Shown here piece by piece: positions 44,902-56,951 of a stretch of 64,000 bases of DNA; within the stretch, counting starts at the first letter, position 1, and each line of letters starts with the position of its first letter. The stretch is from Penicillus capitatus (Eukaryota; Plantae; Chlorophyta). A program made the translations under genes and the position numbers. Under the pieces are notes generated by a model. It saw nothing but the letters and a program-made list of their open reading frames with translations. It had not been told where the DNA came from and did no database searches. The stretch spans positions 1 through 64,000 of the forward strand of contig OZ287714.1 in the NCBI GenBank assembly GCA_965649825.1. Reading direction: 5' to 3'.

Positions 44902-46756
44902 ATGGCGTCGTTTCGTCTAGTCTTCCCTGACGGCAGCGACGCTGCGATCTCAGATACCCACGAGATTACCCTCGGTGAGGATGCCCGTGTGACCATCGTG
45001 GTGTCCGGCACGACGTACCGACTGCGCAACGACAGCACGCGTTCGGTGCAGCTCCTTAGCGAAAAGGGCACCAGCGTCATGCAGCCAGACGCCACGCAGC
45101 AGCTGACGACGGACTGTCGCTTCCATCTCCCCGGAGAGAAGACAACGACGGAGCACAGCATCGTGATCGTCGTCTCGTTGCCCTCGCGCGCGCGAGATCT
45201 GTACATAGGAAGCGACGGGGAGGATTAAGAGACGGCGGCAGGAAGCTACAAGGAAGCGGCAGATGTCATTGGGCTTTCATCTCTACCGTCTGCGCCACAA
45301 TACCTCCCACAGCGATGTCGATGGAGATCTGGCATCATGGTTTCGTGGAGATGTCCAGTATGCCTGTCTTTCCAACTACCTTGTCGATCTCGCCTGGCTT
45401 CTCTCCGCCGTCCCATCCATCGCCTCCATTCCTGAACTGCTGCTGATTCACGGAGAGCGATACAGCGATGCGCACCTCAGAGATGCCATTGAGCATCATG
45501 GCCTGCATCAGATGGTGCTGCACAGAGCACCGTTACCGATTCCTTACGGAACGCATCACAGCAAAGCTTTCTTGATTAAGTTTGCCACGGGTATGCGGGT
45601 GGTGATCCACACGGCGAATCTGATCTACGTCGACTGCGGGAACAAGACGCAAGGCGCCTGGATTCAGGACTTCCCGAAGAAACGAGCGCATTCCAACAGC
45701 ATCTCTCCATTCGAAAACGATCTGCTCCAGTACTTTGCTGCCGTGCAGTTGCCAGCAGCTCAGAAAACAAAGCTCTTTCAGTACATCCAGGAGCATGACT
45801 TCTCAAACGCCCGAGCAAAACTGATTGCTTCAGTACCAGGTCTGCCTCCCACATCGCTGCTTTTTCTCTCAACAGGCGATGTAGGTTACCACAAGGGTGA
45901 CACGATTGAGAAGTATGGACATATGGCGTTGAAAAAGTGCCTAGAGAAGGAGGTCTTCCCTGCTGCCTTCAAACGTTCGCCAATCGTCTGTCAGTTCTCT
46001 TCTCTGGGATCTCTGGATGAGAAATGGCTGTATGGTGAGTTTATGCACTCCCTAAGTGCTGGCAGCACAGAAGACGGCAATACGATGCTCGAAACGCCTT
46101 CTGCCGATGGCACAGGTCTCCAACTGGTCTGGCCCACTTCCGAACAAGTGCGGACGTCCATCGAAGGATGGGCTGCCGGTGTGAGTCTCCCCGCTTCGGC
46201 AAAGAACATACAGAAGACCTTCCTCAGAAAACACTGGCACAAATTCGATGGGACACACATGATGCGCGAGCGTGCCATGCCACACATCAAGACATACGCA
46301 CGTCATGCAGATTCCCAACTGGCATGGGTCCTGCTGACGTCACACAATTTGAGCAAAGCCGCCTGGGGAGTGCTTCAGAAGAAAGAGACACAGTTCATGG
46401 TGCGTTCCTACGAACTCGGCGTCCTGTTTCTCCCATCCCTTGAGCGCGAATACTATCAGTCGGCGTTCTGTGGCTTCAGCTGTACACATCTGGCCGCCGC
46501 CGCCTCGACGGTGCCCAAAGAGATCGCCTTCGTTCGCTATCCAGGCGCCAAGGATGAAGAATCTGTCATCGATTCCGAGCCATCTCTCTCTGTCGAATGC
46601 TGCCTGCCGTTTCAGCTTCCTCCCCAACCCTACAGTCCATCCGATGCGCCTTGGACGGTCGATATACGCGTGTCTGATCTCGATTGCTTGGGTCAGCCAT
46701 GGGGTACACACCCAGCATTGTATGGTTGCATCGAGACCACTGACGTCACTATCTGA
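44902..46756 (+). CDS. TDP1: Tyrosyl-DNA phosphodiesterase 1 with short N-terminal FHA-like region
   Basis: Catalytic motifs YGTHHSK...TAN and AMPHIKTY...TSHNLSKAAWG...SYELGVL; an in-frame 45-nt intron (45840-45884) restores LIASVPGYH. Confidence 0.92.
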
Positions 46757-47391
46757 GATGTTCATGCGTATCTCCAATGTGTACTAGCGGAGGACGCTTG
46801 GTAGAAGATTAAGCGTTCTGCTTGAACGATTCTTATATATAAAGTCCGCAACGTGTTTTGCATTATTTACTTTCTGACGCATCACGTCGCGTGTTATCGT
46901 TATTACTTCCTGTTTGAAGCGTTTTTATTTTTCCCGTTGAAGTATTCACGCGGCTCGCTGGAAAAACAACATCCGGAAACGTAAGAACCCTCGGCGTCAA
47001 AACATTGTCAACGCATTCCCCTGTCCCCTTTGCCAATAAATGCCTCAGCGTGTTTCTAAAGATCGCTTTTGTGCGGTGCAGCTCTTGAGATTGCTGAGTT
47101 TTTCGCGTTACGACGCGTTGCTCAAGATTCGTTGGCTCGCTTCGTACTTAACTGAGAGGTCTCATGGATACTTTCCTCCTTACGCGAAGCGGCGCCGTCC
47201 CTGTGGTCGGTTCCAGCAGCGTCAGTCCAATCCGTCTGCGAAGCTTCCGTCTCATTAAGAAGAACAGCAGTCGTGAAACGCAAACAACTGCTTTCTATAC
47301 GACGGATGTACGCACGCGCATATGGCCTTCGTTCGATGGTGGAGAATTGGTGGCTTAGGTCTCGCGCTTCATCACATGTCAGGGACGGGCC

Positions 47392-50300
47392 ATGACTCCG
47401 CGTCCGCTTCTGGCGACGTATGTGCCACCAACCGTCCATCGAAGGTCGATCATCTTGTGGAGGATTCCGCTACAGCATGGCGGTGATAGGTCTGCTGTGC
47501 TGCGCAGCCATCCCGTGTGCTTGGCCGCTTCAGATGAGCCGTTTGGAACGGAAACGTCCAACGGTTTCCATAGTACTGTTCATTCGAAACCTGCTGTATG
47601 GAATGCGTCTTACCGTTCACGAATAAACAAGCTAGCAGCCGATGCACCACCTGGCTACAGTACGCCTCACAAACCTGGTCGATAACGGAAGATGAATGGC
47701 GGCGATGTGGATGTAGTGCCGTCAGCAGCACAGGGATCCGTTGGCGGTCTGTGCGATTCACATGATTCATCGGTATCGCGGCGAGCATTTCTGAAATCCT
47801 TGATTCAAGTTCGTATGCGGGATATGAATGACGACGCTGGTAAAGAGTCAGGTATTGGCGAGACAGACCGACGGCATTCCTGCCATACATGATGGATGCC
47901 AATGTCGTTGTTGCTGGTACAGATGTCGGCGACAATGGTGGAGACAACAACGGAGGTAAAGGGACGGGCGATGGAGGTGGAGGAGGATCGGACAACGACG
48001 GCTTTAGTTTTGGTGGTCTTGGCGGCGATGACGGATTCTTTATTGCAGGTGTGTTCCTCTACAGGCTCCATCCCTATGCGATCGTGCTGATAGGTATGGG
48101 TAGTTGGGTACTCGTCGGAGCTGCCATTTGTCTGTTGACTTCAATCTTCGCGCAAATATTTCGTGGAGCGGGGAGCCCCTCCTCCCGTAACAAAAAAGGG
48201 AGTCGCGGTGGTGTCACCAGAACAGCAAATGGCAGCTCCGAAATCGATGGATTCGTCGCACGAATGCATCAAGGAGGATCCCTCTCCCAGGCCTCCAGTC
48301 GCAGTGCAATGCGAGGATACTCAACCGTCTCAGAGAGACCTTCCAAGACCGAGTCGGGAGGAAGAGCCGCACGATGTGCCATTCTCTTTTGCCGGGCCCT
48401 CGAGTCGAGCAAAGTACACTATCGAGGTGGGTATTGGGTATTGTCTGGGGATTGTGCGATGGCGTCTGGTTGTATGTGCGTTCGTTTGTGTGTGTAGGGT
48501 TATTCACTGGTACCTTGTATCCGCCGGCCCAAGTCCACGCAGGGGCTTTCTACAGGCAATCTATCGGATTGGTGGGTCCAGAACCCGGAGACTGGGTGGA
48601 AGCCGTGGACAAGGAGGGCAACGTTCACAACGAATCGATAGAGAATATCGGACAATGGGCCTCTCGATCCTTGGAAGATCTTATCGTCTTGGGAAACGGC
48701 AATGTTGAACCGGAACCCGAACAATCCTCCGAAGAGCTCAGCATCTTAATGGACAAGCTGCATCAAGTCCAGCAATTGCTCAAGAACTCTGAAACAAAGA
48801 GACAAGAAGCAATCCAAGATCTTAGGGAAAGCAACACGCGTAACGAGGAGAAAGAAATCTCGCTCAGGGCAAAGATCAAGGCACAAGAGGCAATGAACAA
48901 AAAGGCAATCCTTTGCTCGTGGATAGCTACGGTTATGTGTTAATGGAGGTGTTTTGCAGATCGAAGCCCGTTTGGAGCAGATTCGTGATGAGAAAGATGC
49001 ATTGGTTCGCATCTTGGACGAGGCAAAGGGAACGCTGTCAGGCATTTTTCCGGACATGGATCAGACGTCTGGACAAGTGGATGATCTAACCAAAACCGTT
49101 AAAACACACAAGACAAATCTACGACTCCTGGAAAAACAGTTGAGCGTGACATCCCGAGAAAGGGATGCCGTCTTGCGCCGAATGGAGTCTCTGCAAAGAG
49201 ATGTGAATGACATTGAGAATCTGTTGGAGATCGTTGAGAAGTCAAGGGGTCTCGTCTCTTCCGGAGATGACGAATCCTACGCTGACAAAATCCAGAAAGC
49301 CAACTCCTGCATTCAGGTCCCTCACCCTTCTCCTGCTGTCATGTCATGAGTAACGGGTGTTTCTGGCGTCCAGGTTCTGCAGCAGTACTTGTTAAAACCC
49401 ACTGGCAGTCGACATCTGTCGCCGATTCGTGAGGTGGGCAATCGTGTGGTGTGCGTATTTGAGAATATGATGATTGAATTGCGACGTGGGTTTATGCAAA
49501 CCTCAAAATACATCAGACAGCTGGAGAGTGTGCAAGGTAAACTCTCCCAACGCAGTCAAGATGAAAACACACTCGCCACTGAACTCGCCGAGAGAAAAGT
49601 GCAGTACGATAGCCTCGCCGAACAGAAAGCAAGCATTGAACAAACATTGGCAGCAACGGAGCAGACTTTAGCTGAAGCCCAAGAAAACTTAGATGGCACA
49701 TCCAGACGCGAAACGGAGCTCAGAGGCAATTTGGAAAAGGTCCATCTCCCCTCAGCCCTTTGCACAGCCGCCTTACATTTCGTGCTGTAGTTAACGTGTG
49801 ATAAGGATACGCTGTCGGCCATGATGCGCAGTATCCAGCGAGAGGTCGCCGATATCGAAAGCCTGACACAGATCATGGAGAAAACCCGAGAGCTCATTCT
49901 GCAGATCGAAGCAAAGGATATGGGAATCGAACATATGGGGCTCTTGGATGCATGTCTGACAGTACGCCTCTCCACCCGTATGGCTCAGTTATGCCACATA
50001 CGGTTGTGTTTCTGTAGAGTCTGCATCAGCATCATTTGAAACCGGCGGAGCCTTATGATCACGTCTCTCGCAGTATTTCCGACCGACTTGTTCACGTTTT
50101 CGAACAGTTACTAAACCAGACCAAGCAGAGTATTCTAAAGGCAGTGGAATCGAAAGGGAATTTGAAGAAGGTGGAGAGCGATCTGGAAGGCGCGTTATCC
50201 GAGGAGAGTTCTCTATCCGTCACCATCGAAGGCCTGCGCACACAACTGAACGACATGACTTCGGCCAAGTGCAGTCTCTCTAACGATGTCCAGATGCTCA

Positions 50301-52247
50301 AGAACGAACTGGAAGATAAAACCGATTCCCTTGAACAACTGAGAATGGAATTGACAAGTCTGGATGAAGTTCGTGAGGAGCAGAACAAAGATATCGAACA
50401 TCTCAGAAATGAGCTGGACGAGAAGAAGAGGCTGTTGGAAGTGTCTAAGCAGACAGAAGAAGACATGACCGAAGCTCTCCAGAATATCAGTGAAGAGCGG
50501 AATGTTCTCGAATCCAAACTTGAGTTAAACGAAGAGGACCTCAACAAGCTGCGAAGCTCCCTGGATGAGGTGCTCTCCGAAGGCAAGAAAGCCCAGGATC
50601 AGCTCGATGCTCTCCAAGCAGAAAAGAGCAATCTGGAAACTCAGTTGGCTGGATTGACACACCGTATTAAGGATTTCGAGAACGAGAATAGCAGATTGAA
50701 TGCCGTGGCTCAGACATTGCGTTCGAATATTGACCATGAACGGAGAGAGAAGGAGCAGCTGGAGCAGGAAGCCGAGGAAATGTTGGCTGCCCGCACAGAA
50801 CTGCACGAACAGTACATGGGCAAGATCGAAACGCTGAAAGATCAACTGGAGAGCGCCTGCGAAGATCGGGACAGGATAAAAGAGACATGCGAGACGTTGG
50901 AAGAGGCAAAGGCAAAACTCGAAGACTGTTTGAGAGAGGAAAGCAATAAGTTCCAGGAACAGATGGAGGAGCTGAAGAAACAATACAAGGGAGATGCGAT
51001 TCTGACTGGATCTGCCAATTCTGATCCGATTCAGCCAGTCCGCGAACCGTCTCCCTTCGCTGAGCATCATCCAGAGATATCAGGGGAGGAGGAGCTGCAG
51101 CAGGACACGAGTGGGGAAATAAAGCATTCGGACTCGGCCGAAGAGTCGACCGTTATCATACCGGCGGAAGGGGCTGAGGATGACGACTACTCCACTCCTG
51201 GCGGATCCAAAGTGCAGACATGGTTGGAACAGGCAGAAGTCGATCCGTGGGGTGTCATGCCAAAGGATAGAGACATGGCTGCAACCGCACCGCCGTATGA
51301 GCAGGAACCTAATCAGATATTTGGTAACCTGATGCCGGCATCTGGGCCGATCCGCGAGCGGAAGATTCACCGTCGGTTAAGTTGGCCACAGGACATGACG
51401 TTTGCTTTGAATGATAATCTGCTCGGAGCCGCCCAGGAACTTGTAGAGATGACCACCGCCACTTTGGAACTAGCCGCGGAGAAGAATCAGCTGGAATCCG
51501 AGCTCAGCGAGGTGCGTACCGCCATCAACGAAGCTCGTGCGCAGCTGGAGGAGAGGGAGACCGAAGTGAGCGAACTTACAGAGCACTTTTTACAGGTATG
51601 CATCTCTTCTGAGAGCATCGATGAAGAATACGTCTTGTGCCTAGGTCTATCAAATTGCCTCGGATCTGGCAGCAGATAACGAGGATCAGTCCACTGAGTT
51701 ACAGGAACTGCGACTAACATACAAACGACAGCAGCAGGACATAGCAAACCGAGATCAACGCATTGCGATGTTGGAGACAGAGTTTGCTTTGGCGAATAAG
51801 GCACCACCTCGCAGTCCCATCATGACGAATCACTTTGCCGAGCCCATGCCAGATTTCAACCAACCTGTTGCCACAGAACCGGCAGCAAGTTCGTCCTTTA
51901 TGAATAGCGAATACAGTGATGGTAATGGCCGCCTGCGGTCGATTTCGAGTCTTGGTTTCCAGTCCGCCGACATCAAGGGCCTCAATTCTCCTCGATTCGA
52001 AGCACCTGGTACCCCATCCATGATCAGTACGACACTTGAGATTCCACCACAACGCGCCCAATCGAGTCAAACCATGACGTCTGTTGCCACCAGGAATATC
52101 GACGACGATGCTGATCAGCAATCTGTGCGTTATTCTTTCAGTGACATGTCAAGTCTGTCTTCGGCCGATGAGGATGGTAGTGATGCCGGCTATCCTGATG
52201 CGGAGCACTATCCGATTCGAGTCGAACACGAATCTGATCTTGTCTGA
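47392..52247 (+). CDS. Large membrane-anchored coiled-coil protein (transit-peptide-like N-terminus, Gly-rich linker, TM, long coiled coil)
   Basis: Exons splice from the 47392 ORF through the Gly-rich/TM ORF (YAIVLIGMGSWVLVGAAICLLTSIFA) into heptad-rich ORFs at 48374-51679 and an acidic Ser-rich tail; some junctions approximate. Confidence 0.6.
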
Positions 52248-53106
52248 TACCTTAGGATCTAATCTGATCTGTTTGATCCGTTCGGTTTAGAATTAATCAA
52301 TCACTTTCACCGTCACACTTTTGACGAATGATTCAATGGCATTAGTCTTTTTTATCCGTTCTCTACGGTTTGATGCAGCTCTGTGGGATAGTCCAAGAGA
52401 CATGCAATTACAATACTGCTTGTGGTGCACGGGTGTGTGTCTAGACGAGTCGTCGGCATACCGCTGTCCATTTCTTACCAATTTCGTTGATGTTATGGGT
52501 CGTGGAAGTAGTATAGCGTGATGCCATCCAGCCGGTGCACTTTCGGATTTGCTTTCATCATACAATTGCTGGTGTGTGTGATAAGTGTTTTGGTGCATCT
52601 GCACGATTTCTGCTGAGAAGAAAATACCAAAGGCACTTTGGCTATTTACCATCCTCTGATGACGCCATTGTTCTGGGCGTGAATGAATCACGATGATGAT
52701 GTTGTTGATGATGATGCGTGAAGCAACGGCCATTCCATTGCGAAGCAACCGAATGTGAGGAGCTGAGAGGCTCGTACGCTGCAAGCAATGTATTTCATGG
52801 ATACGGTTGAAATGGTGTGCTTGTGAAAAGACAACCCCCTACTGCCTGTCTGCTTGTCGATCTGCTGTCGATTATCTATACTAACCCACTCGCCTACCTC
52901 TACTGTTGAACTCAGGATTCTCTCTATTCGTTGACTTCATGAACTGTGTAAACATCCTTGCACACGAGTAATACAAAGGGATCGCTTAGGGACAGTTTTT
53001 TAAGCGTTGTTTCGAGGCTTGATTTGATCGTGTTGTTGGCTGAGGCATCTGAGTGACGGTGCGCGCACCGAAATCGTCCGAACGTACCTACACACTGATT
53101 GCAGCG

Positions 53107-55500
53107 ATGCACGTCGGATGCCCCTGCCGATTAAGGACGGGTCTGTCCCGCGGCGTCCGGACGCGTCCTCTTTACACGAGGTCACGGAATCCACCGATCT
53201 CCCGCGAGCATCGCGATAGGCCGACGCGTTTCTTGCCGACGGCCCCAAGAGCCAAGCCAACCCTTGATCCAGATGATTGGTTCTTCACCGAGAGTGGACA
53301 GAAGGGATGGGTGGGTAACCCTTTTCCCATCTCGTTCCATTTTGCCTTCGTGTGTGTACCGCACCCAGGTCGAGGCGATGGAGCTGAATACCATTACGCC
53401 CGAATTGCCTTCTCTGATCGCAGAGATGGGTATGAACTATGACCCCGATCGTCTGGCAGCAGCACTTCAAAGCAAACGCGCACAGCTCTACTCTCGAGCC
53501 CTGCGTATATCGACAGCACTGGGATCCTTGATCGCTCGATTGGGTCAGGACTACGCGACGGGACAATTCGAGAGGAATGCACGGAAACGCGCAAAGGAGC
53601 TGACGAAGATCTTGACCCAACTGGGTCCTGCTTTTGTCAAGATTGGCCAGGCGTTGTCTTCTCGGCCAGATCTCTTTCCCAGAGTCTATCTGGAAGAGCT
53701 CTCGACGCTTCAGGATCAGCTGCCGTCTTTTCCACAGAAGCTGGCTCTGACCGTAATCGAGCAGGAACTCGGCCAATCTGCCGATGCCATTTTCGAACAG
53801 CTCTCTGAAGTGCCCGTCGCCGCCGCCAGTTTGGGGCAAGTCTATCGGGGCCGGCTCAAAACGGGAGAGGAGGTGGCTGTCAAAGTCCAGCGCCCAGGGA
53901 TCGGCGAGAACATCGCTTTCGACATGATTCTGCTCAGAAGATTGATGACGGTGGTGGACCGCAGTCTCATAGTCTATCAGCCCATCGTCCCACTCGTGGA
54001 CGAATTCGCTCAGAAACTCTTTGCTGAGCTGGACTACGTCAAAGAAGGCCACAACGGTGAGAAATTTCAGCAACTGTATGGCGATATGGAGAACATCCGC
54101 ACGCCTGGCGTCTATTGGGACTACACAGCGCGTCGGGTTTTGACCATGGAGTGGATCGAAGGCGTCAAACTGACAGACAAGGCGGCGATGGAACAGCTGA
54201 ATTACAAACTCACGGATTTTATCAATATTGGACTGGAATGCAGTCTGAGGCAACTTCTGGAGCATGGCTTCTTTCATGCCGACCCCCATCCAGGTCTCCA
54301 ATCCCTCTCCTACCGCATCCGGTCGATGCTGTCGTGTAGGCAACCTGTTGGCAACGAAGGAAGGTGATTTAGTCTTCCTGGATTTCGGCATGATGAGCAC
54401 GGCACCTGTGGCGGCGCGTTATGCACTGATCGCCCACGTGGTGCATCTGGTCAATCGAGATTACTTGGCCATGTGTGCCGATTACTATGAACTGGATTTC
54501 ATGGATCCATCGGTCGACACCTCTCCCATTGCGCCATCCCTGGCTCGATTCTTTGATGACATACTGGACGAGTCAAAGGTGTCGAAGATCAATTTCAAAA
54601 CGATCATCGATGGACTGGGAGACGTCCTCTTTGAATTTCCATTCAAGTATGCACCGCACCTTGCGTCTTGCGTCTTTCCAGGGACGCCGCCTTCTCTGCT
54701 GCAGGGTTCCTGGCTACTACGCCTTGATTATTCGTTCTTTGACAGTTTTGGAAGGCCTGGCTCTTCAGGCAGATCCAGATTATGCCTTGCTGACCCAAGC
54801 GTACACCTACATGGCCAGCCGTTTACTGACAGATCCTGAGCCACGTCTGCGGGATTCCCTTGAAGAAGTGCTCTTCAAGAACGGCCGTTTGCGTTGGAAT
54901 CGATTCGAGATGCTGGTACGGGAAGGACGCAAGAGTCAGAGCTTTGACGCCTCCCAGATGTGGCTACTATTGGACTGGCTCGTCCTGCCCTCCTCCCAAA
55001 GCATTCGAGATCAACTGGCTAAAGAAGTGGCTTCGATGCTCGACGCCATGGCGGCCGGTAATATCTCCCCTTCACTCATGCTTCCAATTCTGAATGGGCC
55101 CTTCTGTCTTGTGTACTCAGATTCAGCACGCCAGTCCATGCGATCGAGATTCGATGAGGCATCTGTGCTCCGTTTGGTGCCGGAACTGCCGCAGGAGGCA
55201 GAGGCGCGTGAACGGGCAGATCTGGTGGCTTCGCTCTGGAATGTGCCGTCATCCGATCTCTTTCCATCCTTTGCTGGAACGGGTCCATTCGGAGCGGTGA
55301 CGCCGGCAGATCTGCAGCTGTTTGTTCAGAGAGTCCAGCGCCTTTGGGAGAAGGCCGTTCCTCAACTCGTCGATACCTTCCGCCAGCCAGGCGGAACAGA
55401 TTTCCTCTCAAAGCTCGGCCGAGACATGCTCATGCGATTCGCTGCCCGATCCGTCAAGCTCTTTTCAGGAGCTCAAGAGATCAACGAAGGACGAACTTGA
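53107..55500 (+). CDS. ABC1/UbiB-family atypical kinase (plastid ABC1K type)
   Basis: LGPAFVKIGQALSSRPD, VAAASLGQVY, VAVKVQRP, ELDYVKEG, FFHADPHPG|NLL, FLDFGMM; transit-peptide-like exon 1. Confidence 0.92.
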
Positions 55501-55621
55501 ACAAACGAACGAACGAACATACACAGCATCTCTCTTAGATTCTTTTCCTGACGGAAGCGGGCTCGTTGCCGTACAACCATCCATTCATGCGCTAACGCAC
55601 GCATTCCGCGCCTTCGTCGTC

Positions 55622-56915
55622 ATGTCCATTAACTTGGAGGCGTTGTATGGCAGAGGGCGTCTCTCTGCGTTACATCGCGAGTTGGAGGTCTTTGCTGCAG
55701 ATGTGGCGTCGACGCCAAATGACAGAGTCTTCTGCGAAGAGGTCGTGACGATCGTGGACGACTGTGCCGCAGCAGTCATTGGACGCAAAGCAAAGGTGGC
55801 CGTCTTCGGGAGCTATGCAATGGGTCTGTCGACGCACGCTTCCGATATCGACCTCGTCATCCTGAACGTCATTCGTCTGCACAGCAACGGATTTAGCGCC
55901 AGTCAAAGGGCCCGAGCGATTCAGATCCTCCACGCCGTTGCCAGGCGACTCGAAGCAAGTCAAAACCTCAATATCCAATCCATAGACGTAAGCATCGCGT
56001 CTGTCTACCAAAATGCTTCTTAAGTACTGGAACGTTCGGATGTAGCTTTTGGCCGAAGCTCGTGTTCCTTTGCTGAAGATCGGTCTGAAGGATGGCCCGT
56101 CTGTCGATCTCAGTCTGTACAATCGCAGCGGCGTCCAAACGGCGAAGCTGATGCGGGAGACGCTGCCAGAATATCCCGCCGCCATTCCCGTCATCCTCGC
56201 TATGAAGTGTCTTCTCCGACAAGCAGAACTGGACGATGTGTCCGTCGGCGGTCTTGGAGGCTACGCACTGACGACCATGGTATTGGCGCATTGTATGCAT
56301 CTGCGACGATACGGAAGACCGGATGTCGACTACGGCAAAGTCCTCCTTGGGTTCTTAGAAACGTTTGGCTACGACTTCGATGTCGTGCGGCACGCCGTGT
56401 CGATGCGTCGCAGTGAAGTCCACATCAAGAAGACGATCTTGGAGAAAGAGACGCTGGAATGGATTCGGAATACGTCTGGATGGCAGGGCCGTACTAACGG
56501 CAAACCGCTGCCCTTTGTCGAGGATCCTCTGACGGGACGCAATCTCGCTCGCGGATCGTTACGCTTCCGCCTTGTCCAGAAAAAATTCCGTGAAGCGTTC
56601 AAGACCTTGCAAGGTCGAATGGACGGTCCCGTCCTGCCATACCTCATCGATGTCGAGAGAGCCCTTCAGCGAGGAGACTGTCCCATAGAAGGTGGCGAAA
56701 ATGCGTTGCCTGCGGCGATAGCCCTCCGACCATCGCAGCTCGATGATCCGCTATCGATCGACCTCACTGTTCGACGCGAAAAGCGTCACAAGATGCGACG
56801 TTCGTCACGGTACGATCGACGAAAGAGTGAGAATCGACGACCGCGAGCCGTCTGTGCTCAGACGTCACATCCATCACATCGCTGTCTTGACATGACTTCG
56901 CGCTGTTTCTTTTAA
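55622..56915 (+). CDS. Non-canonical poly(A) polymerase, TENT4/Trf4 family (C-terminus ambiguous)
   Basis: VFGSYAMGLSTHASDIDLVI (GS..DxD), ARVPLLK, SVDLS, GGLGGYAL, YGKVLLGFLETFG, FVEDP...NLARGS. Confidence 0.85.
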
Positions 56916-56951
56916 CAAAGCGTCCCATTTTGTACATTGTCTGTGACGAAG

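Noticed and set aside
48163-48708. 181-aa alternative-frame ORF within the coiled-coil gene
   Set aside because: The other frame splices cleanly through TM and coiled-coil exons; this one is low-complexity and unsupported.
53285-54400. 371-aa minus-strand ORF
   Set aside because: Antisense shadow of the ABC1K coding exon; no independent motifs.
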